Program-made: the position numbers and the translations under genes
Shown here: positions 10,192 through 20,781 of the stretch, piece after piece
How positions within the stretch are numbered: position 1 is the stretch's first letter
Layout: every line of letters begins with the position of its first letter
The notes under the pieces: model-generated
What the model saw: only the letters and a program-made list of their open reading frames with translations
Database searches by the model: none
Told to the model about the DNA's origin: nothing
Source of the DNA: an uncultured Lachnospiraceae bacterium
GTDB lineage: Bacteria > Bacillota > Clostridia > Lachnospirales > Lachnospiraceae
DNA length: 64,000 nucleotides
Reading direction: 5' to 3'
NCBI GenBank assembly: GCA_910587045.1
Contig: CAJULG010000008.1
Location: 6,511 to 70,510 of the forward strand

Positions 10192-11295
10192 ATGAAGGAA
10201 ATAGAGAAGGATCAGGCATTAAAGGAAAGATTAAAGACAGCAATAAATCGTATTCTGAAGGATATGGATCTGGATGCACTGCTGGTAACGGATCCGTATA
10301 ATATGCGGTATCTGAGTGGATTCTGTGGCGGGGAAGGGGTACTGTATATATCTCCGGATAATCAGATACTGATCACAGATTCCAGGTATACAGAAGCAGC
10401 AAAACAGGAAAGCGGGTTTACGGTTATGGAGTGTAACCGGGAGCATAGAACAACTGATATTCTGAAGGCTGTTATCCAAAGAGAGGGGGTTCGCCGGCTT
10501 GGGTACGAGGATGAAACGATGCGTTGTAAAGCCTTTCGGGAGTATCAGGAGAAGCTTGACCCGATCGGGACATGGACGCCCCTGGGAATGGCATTGACCA
10601 GACTGCGACAGGTGAAGACGGAGGAGGAGCTCCAGTGTCTGCGACAGGCAGAGGCAATCGGTGATACAGCATTTGACCGGATTTTGAAAATGATCCGCCC
10701 GGGTATGACGGAACTGGACATTCAGGCGGAGCTGGAGTATCAGATGATGAAATGCGGAGCTTCCGGCACGTCCTTTGACACGATCGTTGCCTCAGGGCTT
10801 CATTCTTCCATGCCGCATGCCATACCTACCGATAAGAAGGTGGAGCATGGAGACTTTATTACTATGGACTTTGGATGCCGTTATAAAGGCTATTGTTCAG
10901 ATATGACCCGGACGATCGTTCTGGGAAAGGCGAATGAAAAGCAAAAGGAAATCTATCAACTGGTCTTAAAGGCAAATCAGGTGACAGAATCCTTTCTGCA
11001 TCCGGGAATGATCTGCAGGGAAGTGGACAAAATAGCCCGCGATATGATTACGGACGGCGGATACGGAGAATATTTCGGGCATGGACTTGGGCATAGTGTC
11101 GGTCTGGAGATCCATGAATCTCCCGCCTGTAATACCAGAGATGCTACGGTACTGGTACCGAATATGATCATGACCATAGAGCCCGGCATCTATCTTCCCG
11201 GCTTTGGCGGAGTGCGGATTGAAGATATGGTTGTGATCACGGAGAACGGTTATGAGAATTTGTCACATTCTGCGAAGGAGCTCATTGAATTATGA
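10192..11295 (+). CDS. M24 family metallopeptidase (Xaa-Pro aminopeptidase/dipeptidase)
   Basis: 367 aa, creatinase-like N-domain plus pita-bread domain with metal ligand context HGLGHSVGLEIHE and EPGIY...GGVRIED. Confidence 0.85.
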   Translation: MKEIEKDQALKERLKTAINRILKDMDLDALLVTDPYNMRYLSGFCGGEGVLYISPDNQILITDSRYTEAAKQESGFTVMECNREHRTTDILKAVIQREGVRRLGYEDETMRCKAFREYQEKLDPIGTWTPLGMALTRLRQVKTEEELQCLRQAEAIGDTAFDRILKMIRPGMTELDIQAELEYQMMKCGASGTSFDTIVASGLHSSMPHAIPTDKKVEHGDFITMDFGCRYKGYCSDMTRTIVLGKANEKQKEIYQLVLKANQVTESFLHPGMICREVDKIARDMITDGGYGEYFGHGLGHSVGLEIHESPACNTRDATVLVPNMIMTIEPGIYLPGFGGVRIEDMVVITENGYENLSHSAKELIEL

Positions 11296-11401
11296 TACTA
11301 ACTCTGATATACTGATTGTTATGCATAGGCATAGGAGAATCCGATATCACAAGGCAGAGTCAGTGCCGAAGGATAGTTCGATACAAGGAAGGTAGAGAAG
11401 G

Positions 11402-12757
11402 ATGAATATTATAATTGCCGGCTGTGGTGGCGTAGGATCTGCATTGGCGGAACAGTTGACTGCAGAGGATCATGAAGTTACTGTAATTGATAATTCCAGC
11501 AGGAATCTTCAGAATGTAATGTCTCAGTATGACATCATGGGCATACAGGGAAACAGTACCAGCTATGTAACACAGATGGAGGCAGGCATTGACAAGGCGG
11601 ATCTGTTGATAGCAGTTACAGATCATGATGAGGTCAATATGCTGACCTGTCTGATCGCAAGGAAAGCTGGAAACTGTCAGACCATTGCCAGGGTACGCAG
11701 TCCACAGTATTTTACAGAGATCGGTTTCATTCGGGAGGAACTGGGGTTATCCATGGCAGTGAATCCGGAATTTGCAGCAGCCCAGGAGATTGCCAGACTG
11801 ATTCAGATTCCGTCTGCTTTGGAGGTAGATACCTTTGCGAAGGGCAGAGTGAATCTGATCAAGATCGGCATACCGGAAGGGTCTGTATTAGATGGACTGA
11901 TGTTATCCGATTTCTCTGCTAAGATCGGGGCAGATGCCTTGATCTGCATCGTTGAACGGGAAAAGGAGGTCTTCATTCCCGGCGGTGGATTTGTACTGCT
12001 GGCAGGAGACAAGATTTACGTTACCATGCAGATATCTGCCCTGAATGATTTTTTGAACAAGATCGGTATCAAGGAAAAACCGATCAAAAAAGTTATGATC
12101 GCCGGCGGCGGTACTATGGGGTATTATCTGGGACGGATATTAACAGATGCCCATATTCAGGTAAAGATAATTGAGAAAAGTGAAGAGCGGTGTGCGGAAC
12201 TTAGTGACCTGCTTCCAAAGGCAATGATCATTCATGGAAATGTTACAGACCGCCAGTTAATGATAGAAGAGGATATTGAAACTACGGATGCGGTTACTGC
12301 CATCACGAATCTGGATGAGGAGAATCTGCTGCTGGCTCTATATGCGAATAAAGTCAGCAATGCAAAGGTAATTACCAGGATCAACCGATTATCCTTCGGG
12401 GATGTTCTGGAGGATATGCCGATCGGCAGTACAGTAACGCCGAAGGATATTACGTCAGAATATATTATCCGTTATGTTCGCTCCATGCAGAATTCATATG
12501 GAAGTAATGTGGAAACCCTGTATCGTATGGTAGATAACAAGGTAGAAGCATTAGAATTCAGGGTAGGCCAGGATGCGAAGGTGACAAAGGCAGCGATCGG
12601 AGAATTAAAGATAAAGAAGAATACGTTACTTTGTTGTATAAATCGCAATAAGCGTATCATCCGTCCCACCGGACGGGATACGATCATGCCGGGCGATAAC
12701 GTGATCGTTGTAACAACCAATCGCGGGCTGAATGGTATTGATGAAATATTAAGTTAA
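11402..12757 (+). CDS. trkA: Trk system potassium uptake protein TrkA
   Basis: 451 aa with two RCK/Rossmann repeats (IIIAGCGGVGSALA and VMIAGGGTMGYYLG). Confidence 0.85.
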   Translation: MNIIIAGCGGVGSALAEQLTAEDHEVTVIDNSSRNLQNVMSQYDIMGIQGNSTSYVTQMEAGIDKADLLIAVTDHDEVNMLTCLIARKAGNCQTIARVRSPQYFTEIGFIREELGLSMAVNPEFAAAQEIARLIQIPSALEVDTFAKGRVNLIKIGIPEGSVLDGLMLSDFSAKIGADALICIVEREKEVFIPGGGFVLLAGDKIYVTMQISALNDFLNKIGIKEKPIKKVMIAGGGTMGYYLGRILTDAHIQVKIIEKSEERCAELSDLLPKAMIIHGNVTDRQLMIEEDIETTDAVTAITNLDEENLLLALYANKVSNAKVITRINRLSFGDVLEDMPIGSTVTPKDITSEYIIRYVRSMQNSYGSNVETLYRMVDNKVEALEFRVGQDAKVTKAAIGELKIKKNTLLCCINRNKRIIRPTGRDTIMPGDNVIVVTTNRGLNGIDEILS

Positions 12758-12773
12758 CGGACGAGGAATTTCA

Positions 12774-14213
12774 ATGAATTATCGAATATTATTTTATACA
12801 TTAGGCTGGATATTGAACTTCCAGGCAATCTTTTTACTGCTTCCAAGTATTGTTGCACTGGCTTACAGAGAACCCTCCGGGTGGCATTTCCTGGCTACGG
12901 CGGTCATAGTAGCGATTGTGGGAGTCGGAATGACAATTAAGAAACCAAAGAACAATCAGTTTCATGCCAGGGAGGGCTTTGTGCTGGTTGCGATCAGTTG
13001 GATCTTGATCAGTATGATCAGTGCGATTCCCATGTGTACCAGCGGTGCGATCCCCAATTATGTAGATGCAGTATTTGAAATGGTTTCCGGTTATACGACT
13101 ACAGGTGCCAGTATTCTGACCTCGGTAGAGGATCTGCCGAACTGTATGAATTTCTGGCGGTGTTTTAGTAACTGGATTGGCGGCATGGGTGTGATCGTAT
13201 TTATTGTAACAATTTTGCCGATGACCGGTTCCAATGGGAACATGTACTTAATGCGGGCGGAAAGCCCGGGGCCGTCTTTCGGGAAGCTGGTGCCGAAGCT
13301 GAAAAAGACAGCATCACTGTTATATATTATGTACATCGGGCTGACCCTGGTGGAGCTTGTTTTCCTGTTATGTGGCGGTCTGGACTTCTTTGACTCCTTA
13401 TGCGTTAGTTTTGCGACTGCCGGCACCGGCGGTTTCGGAATCAAGAATGACGGATTCAGCGGTTATAGCAGCTATGTACAGATTGTTGTAACGATTTTTA
13501 TGTTTCTATTCGGCGTGAACTTCAAGTTTTACTTCCTTTTGCTGATGCGGAAGTTTAAAGAGGCCTTTTTTATGGAGGAGGTTCGCTGGTATGCGATTGT
13601 TTATGGTATTGCAACGGTTTTGATCACCATAGATATCTTCCATCTGATGGGGAATTTAGGAGCCAGTCTGAAGCATGCGGCCTTTCAGGTGTCTACTGTT
13701 ATGACGACGACGGGGTTTGCAACGGCAGATTTCAATCAGTGGCCGATCTTTTCACAAACGATACTGGTGCTTTTAATGTTTCTGGGAGCCTGTGCCGGAA
13801 GTACCGGCGGCGGTATGAAGGTTTCCCGCTTCATTATCTACATTAAGTCGGCTCAGAAGGAGGTCGCCAGTCTTCTTCATCCCAACAGTGTAAAGAAGAT
13901 CAAGATGGATGATAAAGTGGTAGACCATGAAACGATCCGGTCTGCGAATATCTATCTGATCATCTATATTCTGCTGGTCGGGGGGTCTATATTACTGGTC
14001 AGTCTGAATGGTTTTGATCTGGTGACTACCGTTACTGCGGTTATAGCAACCTTTAATAATATCGGTCCCGGTCTGGGCGTGGTAGGACCAATGGGAAATT
14101 TCAGTTCCTTGTCTATCCTCTCCAAGCTGGTATTGATATTTGATATGCTGGTTGGGCGTCTGGAAATCTTTCCGATCATAGTCCTGTTCTTCCGGGATAC
14201 CTGGAAGCGATAG
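12774..14213 (+). CDS. trkH: TrkH family potassium uptake membrane protein
   Basis: 479 aa polytopic protein with repeated selectivity-filter-like GTGGFG / TTTGFA / STGGGM segments; immediately downstream of trkA. Confidence 0.85.
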   Translation: MNYRILFYTLGWILNFQAIFLLLPSIVALAYREPSGWHFLATAVIVAIVGVGMTIKKPKNNQFHAREGFVLVAISWILISMISAIPMCTSGAIPNYVDAVFEMVSGYTTTGASILTSVEDLPNCMNFWRCFSNWIGGMGVIVFIVTILPMTGSNGNMYLMRAESPGPSFGKLVPKLKKTASLLYIMYIGLTLVELVFLLCGGLDFFDSLCVSFATAGTGGFGIKNDGFSGYSSYVQIVVTIFMFLFGVNFKFYFLLLMRKFKEAFFMEEVRWYAIVYGIATVLITIDIFHLMGNLGASLKHAAFQVSTVMTTTGFATADFNQWPIFSQTILVLLMFLGACAGSTGGGMKVSRFIIYIKSAQKEVASLLHPNSVKKIKMDDKVVDHETIRSANIYLIIYILLVGGSILLVSLNGFDLVTTVTAVIATFNNIGPGLGVVGPMGNFSSLSILSKLVLIFDMLVGRLEIFPIIVLFFRDTWKR

Positions 14214-14230
14214 GTATTTTCACAAATTAA

Positions 14231-14270
14231 GGGTGTCTTCTCTGAATGATTTCAGCGGAGGCACCCTTTG
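14231..14270 (+). terminator. putative rho-independent terminator after trkH
   Basis: 16-nt arms GGGTGTCTTCTCTGAA / TTCAGCGGAGGCACCC (G-U wobbles, one mismatch), loop TGAT, then TTTG. Confidence 0.6.
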
Positions 14271-14551
14271 GAGTATATATTACAGGAATGATGATAACTT
14301 CATTCATCTGCCGCGACACAGATTAAGATAATACTTTCGTCAGTTTCATCAACTTTGACTATCATAATTTGACAGAAAAGATAAGTCAATAGTATAGATA
14401 GAAGACAAGAGTAATTAACTTATTTAAGTGAAATTGATTAATTATTTAAACTAAGCGGACTTTAAACTTAATTTAGTTAAGCGTAAAACTGAAAATCGGT
14501 TGACGCAGAATGAACGGAATGTTAGGATATCTAAAAAAGGAAGTGTGAGAA

Positions 14552-15010
14552 ATGAAAAAGGATACGTTGGATCACATTGATATTGAGATATTGAATATAC
14601 TACAGGAGAATGCCAGTACGCCGATCAAGGAGATCGCTGCTCATGTATTTCTTTCTTCACCAGCAGTCTCCGCACGGATAGAACGCATGGAACGACAGGG
14701 TTATATTCTGGGATATCATGCACAGGTTAATCCTGTTGCCCTTGGCTATCATATAAAAGCATTTATCAGTCTGGAAATCGAACCGGTCCGAAAGAAAGAG
14801 TTTTATCCCTATATTAAGGCATGTCGCAACGTAATTGAATGCAACTGTGTGACCGGAGATTATTCCATGCTGTTAGAAGTGCTTTTTTCTGATACAGTAG
14901 CCCTGGATCAGTTTATTGGAGAACTGCAGAGCTATGGAAGAACCAGGACGCTGATCGTATTCTCAACTTCTGTTGAGCATCGGGGAATTCAACTGCCGAA
15001 TCCGGATTGA
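14552..15010 (+). CDS. Lrp/AsnC family transcriptional regulator
   Basis: 152 aa, N-terminal HTH (LDHIDIEILNILQENASTPIKEIAAHVFLSSPAVSARIERME) and a C-terminal RAM-type domain. Confidence 0.85.
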   Translation: MKKDTLDHIDIEILNILQENASTPIKEIAAHVFLSSPAVSARIERMERQGYILGYHAQVNPVALGYHIKAFISLEIEPVRKKEFYPYIKACRNVIECNCVTGDYSMLLEVLFSDTVALDQFIGELQSYGRTRTLIVFSTSVEHRGIQLPNPD

Positions 15011-15196
15011 TCACTTTTTATTGCGATTGATAATATTACCGATACAGACCAAAACTACTCCAACCAAAAAGAGCAGATACAAAGGCAGCCGCGAGGGATG
15101 ATTTTCATTGTTTGTTATCATATTAATAATGACGGCAATGCCGGAGAATATTTCAATCGTAAAACCAAACAGTTGTAGAAAATTTAACTTTTTCAT
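15011..15196 (-). CDS. small hypothetical membrane protein
   Basis: 61 aa from the ATG at 15196 (MKKLNFLQLFGFTIEIF...), two hydrophobic helices, AAGGAAAAAA RBS. No recognisable family. Confidence 0.4.
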   Translation of the reverse strand: MKKLNFLQLFGFTIEIFSGIAVIINMITNNENHPSRLPLYLLFLVGVVLVCIGNIINRNKK

Positions 15197-15304
15197 GTTT
15201 TTTCCTTCTTTCGTCAAATGTGATTGGTGATAGTAAGATTGTCTTATCACCTTTAAAATATCAAAATGCTTCCTGCCTGTAATATCAGAATCCCGAAGAA
15301 CGAA

Positions 15305-16210
15305 TTAAGTCTGTCTTCGTCCGCCGGTAACGGTGATCTCCTTGCGTTTTTGACTGGGGGTACAGCCATAGGTCTGACGGAACAGACGCATAAAGAGTTT
15401 ATAATTGGTAAAACCGTTTCGCTCCAGAATGGTCTGAATCGGCAGATCTGTTGATATGATATCTTCATAGATATAGCGGAGGCGTATTGCATTTACATAT
15501 TCCGTAAAGGTCATATTCATATATTTCTTAAAGAACCGGGTAAAATAAGATGGGTTCAGGGCAAGGTAGTCCGCCGCGTCCTGTAAGGAAATATCTTCCC
15601 GATAATGCTGCTTTACATAGGAAATAACGCTGGTCAGCCGTTCCATATATTTCTCCGTCTGCCGGTATTCGTTCTGGCTGATATCAATCTTAAAGTTTGC
15701 CAGCATCAAATAAAGCAGTTCATAGATATAGCTGTAATATTTGAGACGGTATCCGTCCGGTTTTGCCTTCCAGAGACCGGCAAGTCCGTCCAGGATCTGA
15801 TGAAGGTCAGAGAGTATCGTACCGTCTGGAAGTGGAGAAGGACATACAGTTTCCTCCAGTAAAGGAATTCCACATACAGAGCTGACATTTTTAAAGTGCA
15901 TATAATCAATATCCGGTATACAGGTTTTTAGAAAATGATATGGTATCTGGAGGATTAAAAAGTAACTGTAGGACTGGGTGCAGGTGGAATGAATTACGTT
16001 TGAATCTATAATGATGAAGTTACCTTTTGTTAATACAAAGGATTGCTGATCCACATTGATCGTTGTTTCTCCTTCTAGTACATAGAGAATCTCCATGCTG
16101 TCGTGCCAGTGGACAGGAACGAAGTAGCCATAATCTGCACAGCAGGAATAACGCATATTTACATCAGCGTCAATTTTGATATTTTCATAAGAAACCGTTG
16201 ACTGCTTCAT
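15305..16210 (-). CDS. AraC family transcriptional regulator
   Basis: Cupin-like N-domain and a C-terminal double HTH (LALNPSYFTRFFKKYMNMTFTEYVN...GFTNYKLFMRLFRQTYGCTPSQ). Start at 16210 with a GGAGGAAAG RBS. Confidence 0.85.
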   Translation of the reverse strand: MKQSTVSYENIKIDADVNMRYSCCADYGYFVPVHWHDSMEILYVLEGETTINVDQQSFVLTKGNFIIIDSNVIHSTCTQSYSYFLILQIPYHFLKTCIPDIDYMHFKNVSSVCGIPLLEETVCPSPLPDGTILSDLHQILDGLAGLWKAKPDGYRLKYYSYIYELLYLMLANFKIDISQNEYRQTEKYMERLTSVISYVKQHYREDISLQDAADYLALNPSYFTRFFKKYMNMTFTEYVNAIRLRYIYEDIISTDLPIQTILERNGFTNYKLFMRLFRQTYGCTPSQKRKEITVTGGRRQT

Positions 16211-16398
16211 GATTCTTTCCTCCATTCCGTGATCCTTTCTGCCGGATACATGTCAAATGATGCATGACTGGATACGTGCTAGTAGTATAGCGGATTATGA
16301 GAGAATTGTAAATAACAAGAAATCATGCTATACTTTCATCTGTGGTCAAACAAATGCATCTGGCAGAAGTCAGGTCAGGAAAAATGTGAGGATATTGT

Positions 16399-17259
16399 AT
16401 GTGGGTAGCTGATAATTGGAAAGACTATGAAGTGATTGATTGCTCGAAAGGAGAAAAACTGGAACGCTGGGGAGATTATCTTCTGATTCGCCCGGACCCG
16501 CAGGTGCTGTGGGACGTGCCCAGAAAGAATTCCGGCTGGCGAAACCGGAACGGACATTACCACAGGAGTAATAAGGGCGGCGGAGAGTGGGAATTCTTTG
16601 ATCTGCCGGAACAGTGGACTATTCATTATCAGAATCTGACTTTTCACTTGAAGCCATTCAGCTTTAAGCATACAGGCCTTTTCCCGGAACAGGCAGTGAA
16701 CTGGGACTGGTTCTCGGAATTGATCCGAAAGGCAGGCCGGCCTGTCCGCGTATTAAATCTGTTTGCTTACACCGGTGGTGCGACCTGTGCGGCAGCAAAA
16801 GCAGGTGCGGCAGTGACGCATGTGGATGCGTCCAAAGGAATGGTGGGATGGGCAAAGGAAAATGCCCGCGCTTCCGGTCTGGAACAGGCGCCGATCCGTT
16901 GGATCGTAGATGATTGTGTAAAATTTGTAGAGCGGGAGCTTCGGCGTGGAAACCATTATGATGCGATCATCATGGACCCTCCTTCCTATGGCAGAGGACC
17001 AAAAGGAGAGATCTGGAAGATAGAAGAAAGGCTGCATTCATTGATTCAGTTATGTACGCAGCTATTAAGCGAAAGTCCGCTTTTTGTGCTGGTCAATTCC
17101 TATACGACAGGACTGGCACCGGCAGTTTTGAATTATGTGCTGTCCGTAGAGGTGGAAAATAGAATAGGCGGAACGGTTGAAGCACAGGAGATTGGACTGC
17201 CGGTGCAGGAAACAGGACTGGTTCTGCCCTGCGGAGCATCCGGACGCTGGTACAGATAG
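16399..17259 (+). CDS. class I SAM-dependent methyltransferase (RlmI/YwbD-like catalytic domain)
   Basis: Motif I NLFAYTGGATCAAAKAGA and motif IV IIMDPPSYGRG. Confidence 0.75.
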   Translation: MWVADNWKDYEVIDCSKGEKLERWGDYLLIRPDPQVLWDVPRKNSGWRNRNGHYHRSNKGGGEWEFFDLPEQWTIHYQNLTFHLKPFSFKHTGLFPEQAVNWDWFSELIRKAGRPVRVLNLFAYTGGATCAAAKAGAAVTHVDASKGMVGWAKENARASGLEQAPIRWIVDDCVKFVERELRRGNHYDAIIMDPPSYGRGPKGEIWKIEERLHSLIQLCTQLLSESPLFVLVNSYTTGLAPAVLNYVLSVEVENRIGGTVEAQEIGLPVQETGLVLPCGASGRWYR

Positions 17260-17292
17260 GAATCGGTTACAAATGAAAGGGGTTGCTTTTTT

Positions 17293-18858
17293 ATGGAGTA
17301 CCGGAATAAGGGAAAACAACAGAAAAAGAAGCGGGATCACCTGTTTTTATCCAGAGTGATCATTCTTGGATTCCTGATTGCCCTTCAGGCAGCATTTATC
17401 ATTTTGGGAATTATGGAGCTGGGCGGGTATTTTGTTTATGTACAGGAATTATGTACACTGCTCAGTATGATCGTTGTGGTTTTGATCATAGACCGTCCCG
17501 ACAATCCGGCATATAAGCTGGCATGGGTTGTTCCCATTTTGTTGTTTCCTATCTTCGGCGGCGTGTTCTATCTGGTGATCGCCGGAAACCGCTCTACCAA
17601 GCATTTTGTAAAGAGTATCGGAAAGAATATTACAGATTCCTACCGGTTTCTGCCAGAGCAGCAGGATGCTGTTCAGGCATTGCAAAAGCAATCGGAGACT
17701 GCAGCTTTGCAGTCCCGGTATATTCAGCGTTATGGCAGGTATCCTTTGTATCAGCATACAGAGATGACCTACTATCCGGTTGGAGATGATAATTTTGAGC
17801 CATTCCTGGATGCATTAAGGAAGGCGAAACGATATATATTTATGGAGTATTTTATTATTCAGGAAGGTGTATTCTGGAATTCTGTATTGGCAGTTCTGGA
17901 AGAAAAGGTAAAGGAGGGAGTGGATGTCCGGCTGGTATTTGATGATATGGGCTGTGTAGCCACAATTCCTTCGGGTTATGAAAGAGTGCTGCAGGCAAAG
18001 GGAATCAAATGCCATTCCTTTAATCGGTTCATCCCGATTTTAACCCTGCGACTGAATAATCGGGATCACAGAAAAATTACAGTGATCGATGGATATATTG
18101 GTTTTACGGGAGGTGTAAATCTCGCTGATGAATATATCAATGTAACGTCACCCTTTGGTCACTGGAAGGATACCGCAGTCATGCTAAAGGGAGAAGCAGT
18201 CTGGAGCCTGACGGTCATGTTTCTTCAGATCTGGAACTATGTATCCGGTGAAACGGAGGACTATGATCAGTATCTACCGGAACCGGGCCTGCTTGCAGGG
18301 ATCGGAAATGATGGATTTGTTCAGCCATATAGTGATTCTCCTTTGGATCAGGAGAGCGTGGGTGAAAATATTTATCTGAACATGATCAACCGGGCAAAAA
18401 ACAGCATCTATATTATGACCCCTTATCTGATCCTGGATAATGAAATGGTTACAGCATTGTGCCTTGCTGCGAAGAGTGGTATTGATGTACGCATTATCAT
18501 CCCGGGGATACCGGATAAAAAGGTGGTATATACCTTAACAAAGACAAATTGTGAGCCTCTGATCGGGGCGGGAATCCGCATTTTCCAATATACACCGGGC
18601 TTTGTCCATGCCAAGGGCATTCTGGTAGATGGAGAGCTTGCTACAGTGGGAACTGTGAATTTTGATTATCGCAGCCTTTATCTTCATTTTGAGTGTGGTG
18701 TATGGCTGTATCGTTCCGGGATCATCCGTGACATTCAACGTGACTTTGAAGAGACCTTTGTGCGCTGTCGGGAAATGACGATTGAGGACTGTCACAATAT
18801 TTCCTGGCTTCAGAAGATCTGGCGGGCGGTATTAAAGATGGTTGCCCCGATTTTGTAA
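17293..18858 (+). CDS. cls: cardiolipin synthase
   Basis: 521 aa, two N-terminal TM helices and two HKD motifs (HRKITVIDG, HAKGILVDG). Confidence 0.9.
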   Translation: MEYRNKGKQQKKKRDHLFLSRVIILGFLIALQAAFIILGIMELGGYFVYVQELCTLLSMIVVVLIIDRPDNPAYKLAWVVPILLFPIFGGVFYLVIAGNRSTKHFVKSIGKNITDSYRFLPEQQDAVQALQKQSETAALQSRYIQRYGRYPLYQHTEMTYYPVGDDNFEPFLDALRKAKRYIFMEYFIIQEGVFWNSVLAVLEEKVKEGVDVRLVFDDMGCVATIPSGYERVLQAKGIKCHSFNRFIPILTLRLNNRDHRKITVIDGYIGFTGGVNLADEYINVTSPFGHWKDTAVMLKGEAVWSLTVMFLQIWNYVSGETEDYDQYLPEPGLLAGIGNDGFVQPYSDSPLDQESVGENIYLNMINRAKNSIYIMTPYLILDNEMVTALCLAAKSGIDVRIIIPGIPDKKVVYTLTKTNCEPLIGAGIRIFQYTPGFVHAKGILVDGELATVGTVNFDYRSLYLHFECGVWLYRSGIIRDIQRDFEETFVRCREMTIEDCHNISWLQKIWRAVLKMVAPIL

Positions 18859-18928
18859 AGGGATTTGAGATAGAATTTGTTTATGAAGTATTTTGATCGG
18901 GTGGTATAGGATTGATAAGGATGTAAGT

Positions 18929-20134
18929 ATGGAAAATAACAAGGATACAGAGAAGATAACAGGATTTGCAGAAAGTAAAAATGCTTTTTTGCAGGAATTG
19001 TGTGCAGAGCGCCCGTTAAAGCTGGTGCTCAGTAAGCCGGCGGAACAAAAGCAGGAATTCCGTAAGATCGTAATTCAGTTGATAGAGGTACGGGATCATT
19101 ACCAGTACCAGATTGAGAAGTTTACGGCAAAACAGGCATTTCATATTAATATAGAAGAAAGTGATTTATATAAAAGCCTGGATACTTACTTTGGAAAGGA
19201 TTATCTTCAGCTTTCTGTCTGGACAAAGGATTGGGAGTATCAGGGGAAGATCAGTAAAAAGGGAAAGCTGTTGACGAATCGACACAGAAATCCGCAACAG
19301 CATGAGATACGAAAGGGAAATAACAGGGAGAAGGATTACTGCATCCCGGAGGGAAGCGTAATCCCGCCCTTAGTAGATATGGGGATTTTTACTTCAGAAG
19401 GAAAGGTAGTCCGTTCTCAGTATGATAAATATCGTCAGATCAACCGTTTTTTAGAACTGGTAGAGGATGTATTACCGGAACTGCCAAAGGAACACTTGAA
19501 TATCATTGATTTTGGCTGTGGAAAGTCATATCTGACCTTTCTTTTGTATTATTATCTGACAGAAATAAAGCATATGGATATTACGATCACTGGTCTGGAT
19601 CTAAAGCCTGCTGTGATCGAGAAGTGTCAGCAGACTGCCCGGAAGTATGGATATGATAACCTGAGGTTCGAGTTGGGAGACATCCATGGATATGAGCGCT
19701 CAGAGCCGGTACATATGGTGATCACTCTGCACGCCTGCGATACCGCAACGGATTATGCACTTTATAATGCGATTCAGTGGGATACGAAAGTAATCTTATC
19801 CGTACCGTGTTGTCAGCATGAACTGAACCGCCAGATGCAGGACAGCAACTTGTCAATTCTGTCGAAATATGGCATTATAAAAGAACGGACAGCAGCTTTG
19901 ATGACAGATGCCATTCGTGGAAATCTGTTGGAATACAGTGGCTACAAAACACAGGTGATAGAATTTATTGACATGGAGCATTCGCCGAAGAATATACTGA
20001 TACGGGCAGTGAAAGCAAATCTTTCCGGGGAAAAGAAGCAGAAAGCCTTTCAGGAAATAGAAGAGATCAGACAAATGTTCGGACTGAACCCTGCATTATA
20101 CCGATTGCTGAAAGAGGGGGAGATACATGAGTGA
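18929..20134 (+). CDS. SAM-dependent methyltransferase
   Basis: Motif I IIDFGCGKSYLTF in the C-terminal half. The ATG at 18929 follows an AAGGATG RBS; the track start at 18893 lacks one. Confidence 0.7.
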   Translation: MENNKDTEKITGFAESKNAFLQELCAERPLKLVLSKPAEQKQEFRKIVIQLIEVRDHYQYQIEKFTAKQAFHINIEESDLYKSLDTYFGKDYLQLSVWTKDWEYQGKISKKGKLLTNRHRNPQQHEIRKGNNREKDYCIPEGSVIPPLVDMGIFTSEGKVVRSQYDKYRQINRFLELVEDVLPELPKEHLNIIDFGCGKSYLTFLLYYYLTEIKHMDITITGLDLKPAVIEKCQQTARKYGYDNLRFELGDIHGYERSEPVHMVITLHACDTATDYALYNAIQWDTKVILSVPCCQHELNRQMQDSNLSILSKYGIIKERTAALMTDAIRGNLLEYSGYKTQVIEFIDMEHSPKNILIRAVKANLSGEKKQKAFQEIEEIRQMFGLNPALYRLLKEGEIHE

Positions 20135-20774
20135 TAATCAGGAATACAATAACGAAGTTAAAAAGGGAGTTATCGATAGTTATGATGGCGATCCGGATGA
20201 ACAGGTCTTCTTTCAATCGCCTGTAAGGGATGAAATGAAAACGGAGTACAGGCAGCAGGGGGATTCCACAGGAGATATTGTTGTAGAAAGTAAGAGGGAA
20301 GAAGAGGAGCCGGAGGAGTTTTACCGGGTGGTTCCGGTCGATCTGGAGCAGGAAACTGCTTCTCAGTCAGGGCAGGAAGATAAGGAATTTGTTGTAACTC
20401 CCATTGATCCAAACGATCCGCATTATGCAAACTATACACCCGATCCATATTATGATTATGGTTACGGACCAGAACCAAAGGCGAAGAAGGTGGATGACAA
20501 GAAGGATGGCAGCTCCCTGGGCGTTGTCAGCCTTAGTACGGGTATTGCCGCGAATGTGTTATGCTGTTGTGGATTAAACTATTTATGCTCATTAGCAGCT
20601 ATAATAACTGGAATTATCTGCCTGTGTACAAAGAATATTTCAACATCTGCCAGGGTAATGGCAATTATTGGAATTATACTGGGACTGCTTCCGTTTTTAT
20701 TGCTGATATTTAATCTTGTACTGAATATGATCGGAGCAATGACGTTGCCGTATACGTATAGAATAACTCCATAA
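20127..20774 (+). CDS. hypothetical membrane protein (acidic N-terminal region, Cys-rich C-terminal TM pair, DUF4190-like)
   Basis: 215 aa. The start overlaps the upstream stop by 8 nt. The C-terminus VLCCCGLNYLCSLAAIITGIICLC...IIGIILGLLPFLLLIF is predicted to be membrane-embedded. Confidence 0.55.
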   Translation: MSDNQEYNNEVKKGVIDSYDGDPDEQVFFQSPVRDEMKTEYRQQGDSTGDIVVESKREEEEPEEFYRVVPVDLEQETASQSGQEDKEFVVTPIDPNDPHYANYTPDPYYDYGYGPEPKAKKVDDKKDGSSLGVVSLSTGIAANVLCCCGLNYLCSLAAIITGIICLCTKNISTSARVMAIIGIILGLLPFLLLIFNLVLNMIGAMTLPYTYRITP

Positions 20775-20781
20775 GGGTATG

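Noticed and set aside
11296-11401. Possible c-di-AMP (ydaO/kimA-type) riboswitch upstream of trkA
   Set aside because: The spacer is only about 105 nt and lacks the pseudo-two-fold ACGGGG/CCCGA-type conserved blocks I remember for that class.
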